A DNA stretch of 64,000 nucleotides, taken from contig NC_089430.1 in NCBI RefSeq assembly GCF_026210795.1, forward strand, positions 3,472,001 to 3,536,000. The letters are read 5' to 3'. Below the pieces are notes generated by a model. The model worked only from the letters and a program-made list of their open reading frames with translations. It did no database searches and was not told the DNA's origin. The stretch comes from Rhizophagus irregularis (Eukaryota). This document shows positions 13,183 to 21,964 of the stretch, piece by piece. Made by a program: the position numbers and the translations under genes. The stretch's first letter is position 1. Each line of letters begins with the position of its first letter.

Positions 13183-13841
13183 ATGATAAGTTGGCCAGTG
13201 ATACTAATGCAATCTCACCCCTAGAATCTAGCCAACCTGAAACGTACGATCAGCTATTGTCTAAGCTCTCACCACTGATACGAAAAATGTGCTTGTCTCG
13301 AAAGGCTCAGGAGGAGGAATCGAAAGAATCAGATGAGTGGTTGTCATCTTTACAATATCTGAATGCTAATATAAATGACTTAACTATTTCTGAATCTTTT
13401 TTAGATCCCGGCAGTGAGTTCGGTGGTATAAATGACCCAGCAATTAAGGTGCTTGGATGGAAGGCTGATAAACCATCTAATTTTGCCATAAAGGGCAATT
13501 CTAAGCATATCACCGATTCATTAGGATGGTATACAGACGTGCCAGTTACTTTGAAGGATAAAGAAGATAAGACGATCACCATTATTGGAAATTTTGTTCG
13601 TATTGATAATGGTGAAACAGAACCAATGCTATTTTTTGGTATGTCAAACATTCAGAAGGTTCAAGGCGTCCCCGAGCCGAATAAAAATCAGTTTCGCATA
13701 AAGTTACATGGAAAGGCATATATTATCCCAACCTTTAGCAAGGCTCCGGTAGTCAAAGATCCGCCAAAAAAAGATCAGGACCAAGTATCTACCGATTCTT
13801 CTAGTCTAACTGGTGAGAAGAACTTAAAAAAAAATGCATAA
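13149..13841 (+). CDS. Retropepsin-like aspartic protease, in the -1 frame relative to gag
   Basis: Active-site-like FLDPGSEFGGI, flap-like IKGNSKH..SLGW and C-terminal MLFFGM, lying directly after the zinc knuckle. Confidence 0.7.
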   Translation: MVLCTGKKKQVNDKLASDTNAISPLESSQPETYDQLLSKLSPLIRKMCLSRKAQEEESKESDEWLSSLQYLNANINDLTISESFLDPGSEFGGINDPAIKVLGWKADKPSNFAIKGNSKHITDSLGWYTDVPVTLKDKEDKTITIIGNFVRIDNGETEPMLFFGMSNIQKVQGVPEPNKNQFRIKLHGKAYIIPTFSKAPVVKDPPKKDQDQVSTDSSSLTGEKNLKKNA

Positions 13842-13975
13842 ATTGTATGAGTTATGAAGATATGGCAATTCGTATGAAAGAGCTCGAAAAGGCATTATTT
13901 TCTAGCATTCAATCGAATTTGGAAATCATAGAATACTATAATAGTTCGCGCAGTCGGATTGAATAGGACGAATAA

Positions 13976-14305
13976 TTATTTGGAAATAAGAGGACGACCT
14001 GATGCTTTAATTTTTTCTAAAGTATTATCAGTTCTCTTATACAAATCCAAGACATCTTCAGAGGAGTCAGTAGGCGAAATAATTTCTTTTTTTGTTCCAG
14101 GTATTGATTGACCCCCTTGGGATCGTTTCTTTCCTCCAGTCTTTTTTGCCTTACTACCTGCACTTTCTTCTGAAACCGGATCAGTAGATTTGCTAATTTC
14201 AGCATCTTGTATCTTGTTTTCTAGTGCTGTAAAGGCAGTATTAAATTTATTTTGAAAATCTCTTTCAGCTTGGTGCTCTTCATTCTGTTTATTTATAACA
14301 TTCAT
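13976..14305 (-). CDS. Small basic/helical protein of unknown function
   Basis: 109-aa ORF with a lysine-rich NLS-like segment, KAKKTGGKKRS. Confidence 0.45.
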   Translation of the reverse strand: MNVINKQNEEHQAERDFQNKFNTAFTALENKIQDAEISKSTDPVSEESAGSKAKKTGGKKRSQGGQSIPGTKKEIISPTDSSEDVLDLYKRTDNTLEKIKASGRPLISK

Positions 14306-14370
14306 ACTTGCTGAAAGAAAAATACGGATTAGTGCTCATCATTTAATTGTTCTTCCCTCTACCTGCTCCT

Positions 14371-14604
14371 TCATCGGTCGTGTTGTTGGAGTAATGTGAC
14401 TGCTAAATCATTCCATTGAATGCTATTAAACTCTTGTCCTCTCCAAATTTGATATAAGCGACTATTCGATATATTATATTTTTTACTTAGCTGAGCTAAA
14501 GGTTTAGACTTCATATCACGATATTGCATGATATCTTTGTAATCTGCGGAGGATAAGTATCTAGCCCTGGAACTAATATGTGTTTTAAGCGGGGGTGTAA
14601 TCAT
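14371..14604 (-). CDS. Small helix-turn-helix DNA-binding protein
   Basis: PLAQLSKKYNISNSRLYQIWRG fits the HTH pattern. Confidence 0.6.
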   Translation of the reverse strand: MITPPLKTHISSRARYLSSADYKDIMQYRDMKSKPLAQLSKKYNISNSRLYQIWRGQEFNSIQWNDLAVTLLQQHDR

Positions 14605-14664
14605 ATTAGTAACTAATCTCTAAAGATTTTTTTTTCACTATAAATAAAAAATCCACAAAAAATA

Positions 14665-14870
14665 TTGATACTATGGTAATATCAGTAATACAATAGTATC
14701 AGTACTATGCTAATATCGGTAGTATTGATAGTATTAGTATCAGTTATATGGTAGTATCAGTACTATGCTAGTGTCGATAATATAGTAGTATCGATAGTAT
14801 CGGTAGTATTAGTATCAGTTATATGGTAGTATCAGTACTATGCTAATATTGGTAATATGCTAGTATCCAT
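14665..14870. repeat. Degenerate short tandem repeats (AGTATC/AGTACTATGCTA units) in a divergent intergenic region
   Basis: CAGTACTATGCTA occurs three times and TATTAGTATCAGTTATATGGTAGTATCAGTACTATGCTA twice. Confidence 0.8.
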
Positions 14871-14950
14871 AAAAAATAAAGTGCTTACTGCGCAGTCTCA
14901 AAATTTTGCTCATATTTTTTTAGTATACTAATGATTAAGCCGAAAAAAAT

Positions 14951-15912
14951 ATGCCCAATGTACATACTTTAAGAGATATCGAAAATAGAGGGGTGGTTGA
15001 GGGTCCACTAAGTAAACACACCTCCTCGGGTAATCGGCTTGGTAGCATCCGTGAATCAGAACTTGAGAAAGCATTGCGCGGTAACATCAAAACTGCTTCT
15101 GATATTGCTAATGATTATAAAGACCTGCAGGACATATATTTAGAGCGAGTGAAGGATTTTAATCGTATCTGTTCAGGCTTTAACAATAAGTTTAGTCGGC
15201 TGAATACAGCTAATACTGAGCTCAAAGCCAAATATTCTGCTGAAATCAAATTGCTCAAATCCAATATTAAAATACTAAAGAGAAAGGCAACTTTGGCCCA
15301 GAAAGCTTCGTCTGCTGACAAGGTCCAGATTCTTTCTCTTAGGTTAAAATACGTGAATTGGAAGGTAAGTTGGAGGACATAGATCTAGAGCGTACGTATT
15401 ATGATTTGGATGTAATGGGAGGAGTGATAGAAAAGCCAGTAGAAATGCCAAAGTTACCAGATTGGCTTCATGATAATTTAAGAAGTATTGTCTGCGAGCT
15501 CGGGCTCAAAGATAAAGTAATGGAACTTGATAAAAAACTTGCTAAGGAAGATATATTGGAGGTGTTGCAAAAAGTAATATTAGAAAAAGACCACCACCTT
15601 CAAGATGCCAATGCTCGCCTAGAAAAGGCATTATCAGAGAAAGATTCCCTCCTTCATGAGGCCAATACTCATATAAAAAAACACTTAGCCAGTTTTGAAA
15701 AAAAAACCAGTCCTGATTCTTTTGAGACCCTGCAGGTAATTGGGGGAACTGATATCTCCAATACTACTTTAGCATTACCCCACTTGCACTCTATTACTGG
15801 ACCAGAAGCAGGTGAAACTAATTCCTTCTTTTTTCAGTATGCAATCATCTTCGTAATAGTATTACTAATCATATGCATTTTATGGTGTGTATTCTCTCGT
15901 AGAAATTCTTAA
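14951..15912 (+). pseudogene. Long coiled-coil protein with C-terminal transmembrane helix; one frameshift near 15340
   Basis: ORFs 14951-15382 and 15358-15912 overlap and are heptad-rich. The protein ends FFFQYAIIFVIVLLIICILWCVFSRRNS. Confidence 0.6.
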
Positions 15913-16016
15913 CTACAAATGAAGAAAAAAATATTTCGAACTATAAAATACCGCTTAAATAGAAATCAGAGTTATGCCCAATCCGATACGCGGAAGGACG
16001 AACCGGGACTCCTCCT

Positions 16017-16814
16017 ATGAAACTTCGTCTTTTGGATATGGATGAGGTCACTAAACATGAATCATCCCGAAATATTGGACATCCAGCAATGACATGGCCT
16101 TTCAGCATGTTGGTCACTGGGAGAAGTGGTTCAGGTAAGACTAATTTACTTGCGAATCTTGTTCTTAATGATAAGGATGAATATGTGCAAAGAGGGAAGA
16201 AAGGTGGGTCTCGCTACATCAAATGTGATGATCTAATTATTTGTGGGTATCATCCTGATGAACCGAAGTGGGCATATGTGAGATACGTATATAATATGAT
16301 TTTGAAAGACCCAAGAGCGCCTTACTATGAGAATATTAGTTTCAGTTATATTCCACCCGAAAGAATTCCTAGTACAAGAACATTCTCACCCGAAAGAAGT
16401 AAATTATTTATTTTTGAGGATCTGTGCCTCGCTCCAGATCATATACAAAATCGTATTGGTCAGTTTTTTGGGAATGGGCATCACCGAAATATTTCATGTA
16501 TATATATTACGCAAAAGTATCATAAAGTCGATACATTCAAACGTGAAAACTCGACTCATTTAGTATTATTTAACTCTGGTAGCAGTATCCAAGACGTGTC
16601 TAAGATTGTTGGACGATATATTGATGATGTAAAGGGTGCATCTATGGTTATTAATAGTTACCTTCGAAAAGGCGAGTTTGTTGTATTTGATCTCACTAGG
16701 CCAGAAGATGATCCTCTTGCAATCCCCCTAAGGTTTGACACTCCACTGAACTTACAAAAGGAGATAGAGGCTAGGCAGAAGCGCAAGAAAAAGAGTGCCT
16801 CAGCTAATGAGTAG
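16017..16814 (+). CDS. A32-like (FtsK-HerA superfamily) viral DNA-packaging ATPase
   Basis: Walker A MLVTGRSGSGKTN, Walker B LFIFEDL, and the A32-type motif G(H)HRNISCIYITQKY. Confidence 0.85.
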   Translation: MKLRLLDMDEVTKHESSRNIGHPAMTWPFSMLVTGRSGSGKTNLLANLVLNDKDEYVQRGKKGGSRYIKCDDLIICGYHPDEPKWAYVRYVYNMILKDPRAPYYENISFSYIPPERIPSTRTFSPERSKLFIFEDLCLAPDHIQNRIGQFFGNGHHRNISCIYITQKYHKVDTFKRENSTHLVLFNSGSSIQDVSKIVGRYIDDVKGASMVINSYLRKGEFVVFDLTRPEDDPLAIPLRFDTPLNLQKEIEARQKRKKKSASANE

Positions 16815-16864
16815 AATCTAACTTCATAGATACTAACTTTTTTTCGTAATTATAAAAAATTGGA

Positions 16865-17997
16865 ATGGGGGAACCAGTTATTTATATCGATCCTCAAAAA
16901 GCTCATGATTTAGACTGGCATCTTGCTTTGCAAAAAATATATTATCGTCCTGAAGGTCTTTATCAAAATGTTAAGAGATTATGGGATGCTTGTAAAAAAG
17001 CCGGCTACAGCTTTCCATTTATTGATATAAAAAAATGGCTTGAGGGCCAAGCAATGTATCAAATTTTTCGTCCTTCGCCAAAGCATATACCTTATACCAG
17101 TTACTCTAAAATCACAAAGCCAAATACTGTGCACCAATGTGATTTAATCGAAATACCATATGATGAAGATGTGGATACAAATTTACTAGATGATGGTCCA
17201 ATATATTACTATGTACTATTGGTTATAGACTGCGCGACTAGATATAAAGATTTCGTTTTTTTAACATCAAAGAGCAGTGAGGAAGTTGCGGAAGCATTTA
17301 AGAGTATATATAATAATCCCGATAAGCCTCTCAACTGGCCTCGAAAATTGCAATGTGATAAGGGCACTGAGTTTATGGGATACGTAACTTTATTAATGGA
17401 TGAACGTAGGCGTTGAGATCCGAAGAATTATAGCACGTTTCAGGCATACAAGCTTGGCTATGGTCGACCGTTATGCTGGATTATTCGAATTAAGAGTTTT
17501 TAAAAATCAGTATTCAATAGAGTTTCTCCTGCCTACTGGTAAGCGCTGTAGAGAATGTGAGCGGTTTGCAAGAAAAATTGTTGATAATATGAATGATAGC
17601 CCAAACTCGATTGATTGGGATGAGTCCTAATGACGCCACAAAACTTGAGCAGATATATTCCAAACCATCAGTAAAATATAATCGCCCAATAGGTGTTGAT
17701 GAACCACAACTACCAAAGGGTACTACTATCCGATTTTTGCTCGCTCCTGGAGAGTGGGAAAACGATCCTTTCGAACGACGCAGAATAACAGATCCGATAT
17801 GGTCTCCCAGCCTGCATAAGATTCGGAAAATTGTTGTTGGAAAGAATCCTCCAATGCCTATTTTATATTATTTAGATGAATCAGGACCCCAACGCCCTTT
17901 CGTGAGAGAACAATTGATGCATATTAAGGAAGAGCCCATGTTACCTCCTAGGTGGGTATTGGGAGATAACCGAATGCGTACAAGGCGCTCCTTATAA
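16865..17997 (+). pseudogene. Polinton/Maverick-type retroviral-like (rve) integrase with two frameshifts (~17410, ~17605)
   Basis: LQKIYY..G..., IKKWL..Q, HQCDL, YVLLVIDCATRY, PRKLQCDKGTEF, N..MN...TRLIGMSP, and a C-terminal DPIWS...FVREQL segment. Confidence 0.85.
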
Positions 17998-18462
17998 AAG
18001 TTTCTAAGTCTACTACACAGTAAGGGATTGTAATAAGGATTACTCCTTCCCGATAGCATAACGCTTTCTTTTTCCAATCACGCCAGATTTGTGCGTCTAG
18101 ATTCATCTGACCTTGTGGGTGAAAAAAGGGACGATTTGGTAATGTTGATTGCCACTATATTCAAAGGCCAAGCCTAACTCTTCATTGTATCCATCTAGAT
18201 GTAATCCCTCCAAGAATTTAGGCTTTCGGGGTGGAAATTTTTTATGTAATAAATCCTCAAATATATACCGGCATGTTCTTTTTGGTATATTAGGACAAAT
18301 ATTGCACCATCTATAATTCTGTTTCATATTTTTATATGGCGCCTCCCATTGATGGCCTTTTTTACATGCCCATAAATATGTATTAGAACTAACTTTAGCT
18401 AAGCATCTTCCTTCACGCTTTTGGGCATATGCCAAAGCTTTAGTGTTAATATCATCTTGCAT
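17960..18462 (-). pseudogene. Zinc-ribbon + Vsr/PD-(D/E)XK nuclease of the type found in large DNA viruses; frameshift near 18120
   Basis: WACKKGHQW...WCNIC, then LHLDGYNEELGLAFEYSGNQHY, continuing in another frame as RDWKKKALCYREGVILITIPY. End position approximate. Confidence 0.7.
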
Positions 18463-18489
18463 TTTATAGGTGACAATAATAATATCACG

Positions 18490-19185
18490 TACAGAAATTT
18501 GCGGTAGTGATCATTAGCTCTGGACTAGTTTGGTCAGAAGAATCGATCTGGATATATGCAAATCCAGGTGCAAGTTTGAAAGTAAAATTAAACTTGGCTA
18601 CTACTATTGCATAAGTAAAAAAATAAATATCACCAATATTCTTAGCAGGAAGTGGCAATTTCGGCTAAGAGTACTTGACAATACAGCTCAACAATCTTGT
18701 CTATATATTCGCTCTTTTTATGTATTATTGATATTATCAAGTAGATCGATATCTTTTAACAATTTTTTCGTTTGTTTATAAAGATTTTGCCATTGTACAT
18801 GAAATTTGTTTCGTAAGACAGAAGACTTAATAAGACAGGGAAGAATACTTGTAAGATTATTTATATGGGATTTGATTACTGCATGAACATTTGCAATTTC
18901 TTCTCCTGCTGTAATCCAATCATAACGCGGAGTATAGAGAACTGTATAAATATGGGTTATTTCTTGTTCACTACAGTCTAGCCGATATTTGATAAAATCA
19001 AGATCTTCACGAAATTCCCTTTCTTTTTGCTTTAAAATAACTCAAAATGCTTCAGAATTCCATTGATAATTCACAATAAGACAGGAATATAGTATATCCT
19101 TAATCTTGAGATTACTAAAAATTAATTCAAGCAGTTCAGAACAAATAAATGGGCTAGACCCAGCATTTTTTTGCGCAAGAAGCAT
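18490..19185 (-). pseudogene. F-box protein pseudogene (absent from the ORF track)
   Basis: From ATG 19185 the frame reads MLLAQKNAGSSPFICSELLELIFSNLKIKDILYSCLIVNYQWNSEAF*, an F-box pattern, and continues past in-frame stops. End position approximate. Confidence 0.6.
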
Positions 19186-19577
19186 GGTGTATATGCAAGA
19201 AAGCAGTATAAAATAACAGAGAAACTAGCAAAGTTCAAAATAAAAATTCTATATAATTTTGAGCGAATATGCTTACTAGCGCGGGCAAAATACTGGATCA
19301 GTAGTAGTACCAAAAGTAATCAATATAATAATGCCTAAAAGTAATCGATGTAGTAGTACTCCAAAGTATCCCAGAGTAGAAACTATACAGGAACAAGAGC
19401 TAGAAGGCGAAAACAAGCAAGTTTATGGAATACCCACTCAAGCAGAATTATATATAGGAAAGAAAAGAGAAATTTCACTTGAGTGGCCTACCACCGATAG
19501 GCAGGAAAGAGACCGGAAAGGCAGAAAGGTTCAGGAGAATACACGAAAAAAGATATGAAAGCGATATAGCCTGAACC

Positions 19578-19852
19578 AATTCGACACTTCGCACAGAAAC
19601 CTCACACAGCAATCAGAAAGGGCATATAAAGGGCGGGATTGCAAGAATGGGCACAAATTCGGCACTTCGTGCCTCATCCTCGGCAATCAAAAGGGTTATG
19701 GAAGGCAGGATTGCACATCTAGGTCACCAATTCGGCACTTCGTGCTTTCATCCCCTAACTTAATCAAAAAAGTGAGGGAATGGATTGTGAAATGTCTTCG
19801 GCAAATAGATGGATTGCAAATTCGGCATTTTGTGCCTCATCCGGCAATCAAG
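19578..19852 (+). repeat. Four degenerate direct repeats, AATTCGGCACTTCGTGCCTCATCC
   Basis: Copies start at 19578, 19656, 19729 and 19819 (spacing 78/73/90 bp); GGATTG also recurs in the intervals. Confidence 0.8.
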
Positions 19853-20541
19853 AAATGGCAATTGAGAGGGAAGCAACTATGTGAGGGTGTTCCGGCACCA
19901 GAACAGTATCACGTGACTGGCACAGTAAGGCGCAGTATAGATTCGCTTAATTTTGCTTAGCACTATAATCCATATTTTTTTCCAAAACTTTGAGACGCAA
20001 TAACTCGGCATCCAGGCATCCAATTCATGCGATCTTAGCATCATTAGAAAGCTCTCAACGTCCTCTTTCAAATGACCACAAAACCGCACGAAGCTAATCA
20101 CAGGAAGCCAAGATATTCCACCCTAAAGATCAGCCAGAAATTATGCCATAGTGCCGGCCAAAATCTGATCCGCAAATTAACTGCGCCACCCGATGATTTT
20201 TTTACACCATTTCAGCAACTTAAAAGGCCAGCGAATGGGCCACACCCTCGACCTCAAATATGGCAACCAAAAGGGTCATAGAGTGGAAAACCCAACTTTA
20301 CTCCTATACAATTGTTAAAAGGCTTCAAAATGGAAAAACAAACCTCCGCCCTGTTTAGCAACCAAACAGTCACAGACCAGTGAAAACAGATGGGTAGCAA
20401 TAAAGCATCAGAAGGGGCATAGACACGTAAAAATAAGTAAGTAGGTATTAATATCTATAAGTAGGCATCACTATGGTGTAAGTAGATAGATCAAGTATAA
20501 GATCACTATAATTATAGCGATGCCTACTTGATCTATCTACT

Positions 20542-20946
20542 AGTATACTTAAACTAAAATTTAAGTACAATATAAGTGTATTTTTTACATGTTTAAAATA
20601 TTCTTAAAATGTACTTAAAATTCAATTTAAGTATATTTTAAGTATATTTTAAACATGTAAAAAATACACTTATATTGTACTTAAATTTTAATTTAAGCAT
20701 ATTTTAAGAATATTTTAAACATGTAAAAAATACACTTATATTGTACTTAAATTTTAGTTTAAATATACTTTAAGTATAATTTAAGTACTTGGGCAAAAAA
20801 CAAGTATATTAAAAGTATATTTTAAGAGTATTTTAGACATATTTTAGGTATATTATAAGTATATTACAAATTAAAATTGATACTTATTTTAAGTATATTT
20901 TAATAAAATTTTAAGTATATTTTAAGTATAAAAACTTTTCATAGGG
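20542..20946. repeat. AT-rich foldback/MITE-like repeat, left end missing
   Basis: Many AAGTATATTTT units in both orientations and an internal ~70-bp duplication. It ends ...AAAACTTTTCATAGGG, with no matching CCCTATGAAAAG seen in the window. Confidence 0.6.
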
Positions 20947-21052
20947 ATAACTGTACACACTGATATACCATGATGCAGTCCACGCTAATCTTATGACTCC
21001 ACTTTAACGATATAGTATTTTGTACGCAGTAAAATTCAGTGTAAATTCTGGG

Positions 21053-21388
21053 ATCAACCAGAATTGAACCTACATCTTCACTAAGGTTGCTTGTCTAAAC
21101 CTCTTCAAAATCCTACGATTAGTTTCATCAAAATTTTACTATAAATTTATTATAGTTTTGGCAGAGTTTCGGCAGTTTCAGCATTTATAATAAGTTTCAG
21201 CAGTTTCGCTTTTTTTCAAAGTTTCGCCAGTTTTTTAATATAACTTTAATATAGTTTTGGCAGAATTTTGCTTTTCGGTGAAACACCATCTTGCCTAAAC
21301 CCCTAGGTTTCGGCAAGCAACCTTAGTCTTCACCATAATTAGGCTTCACAAAGAAATTCACAGATTAACCAATGAGCCAAAGGTGATC
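21053..21388 (-). pseudogene. tRNA-like / SINE-head sequence split by a MITE
   Basis: After removing 21082-21325, the minus strand has A-box TGGCTCATTGG, B-box GGTTCAATTCT and partially pairing ends GATCACC/GGTTGATC. Confidence 0.45.
21082..21325. mobile_element. hAT-type MITE, second copy of the 244-bp family
   Basis: Same TIRs as 10943-11186; 8-bp TSD ATCTTCAC/GTCTTCAC (7/8 match). Confidence 0.92.
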
Positions 21389-21964
21389 AACCCTATTACC
21401 TAATAATGTAATAATATTTTTAATAATATATAAGTCAAAACTTTAAATGAGTCAGGTTAAATAAATTAAAAGGTAATTTGTACTTGACTCAATAAATTAA
21501 ATTAAGTAATTTGTACTCAATTTAGCAAATTGAATTAATTTAAAAGAATTGCTAATCGTCGCTTAGATGATTATCGCCTAAGTTTTTTTTTCGAATATGT
21601 CACATGATGTATAATATATAAATATAACTATTATCCATTTATAATTATTATTTTGCTCAGTTAGTTCAATGGTTAGAATGCTCAATAATTTTTTTTTATT
21701 TTAGAAACACAGGTTCGATTTCTGCACTGGATCTTTAATTTTTTTTGTTAACGATATAAATATATAATACCATGTGTAAAAACGCGTTAGTACGTTATGA
21801 TACTAATGATCATATGATATATCACGATATCACGTATTATTGTATGCTGCACACTAGAAGCATACTGTTAATGCTAAAATCGGCAAGAAAAAACAAACTT
21901 CTTTATCCAAAACTAATCACTTTTCTCCATCATAGACTACAAAATTACAAAATAGAAATATCAA

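Larger units (their letters stand above)
1..20541. mobile_element. Large integrated virus-like / Maverick-Polinton-like element, right part (left end probably outside the window)
   Basis: Densely packed, mostly intronless ORFs with higher GC than the following DNA. Adjacent A32-type ATPase and rve integrase genes. Subterminal repeats at 19.6-19.85 kb. The block ends abruptly at ...GATCTATCTACT (reverse complement AGTAGATAGATC) against a truncated AT-rich repeat. Whether 1-9.5 kb belongs to it is inferred. Confidence 0.6.

Noticed and set aside
9500..14000. Ordinary LTR retrotransposon
   Set aside because: No RT/RNase H, and no flanking direct repeats, PBS or PPT that I could find; the integrase is separated by unrelated genes and is Polinton-type.
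19578..19852. CRISPR-like repeat-spacer array
   Set aside because: The repeats are degenerate, spacing is irregular, the intervals share motifs, there are no cas genes and the context is eukaryotic.
19331..20281. Short ORFs in the subterminal region
   Set aside because: They overlap repeats, lack motifs and are probably non-coding terminal sequence.
20500..20545. Helitron 3' end (CTAG|T after a hairpin)
   Set aside because: No Rep/helicase gene is visible and the hairpin is not the short GC-rich type; the integrase/ATPase content fits an AG...CT terminus better.
21655..21733. Functional tRNA gene
   Set aside because: The anticodon arm is disrupted by a T-run that would terminate Pol III; it is part of a TIR and is reported as a finding instead.
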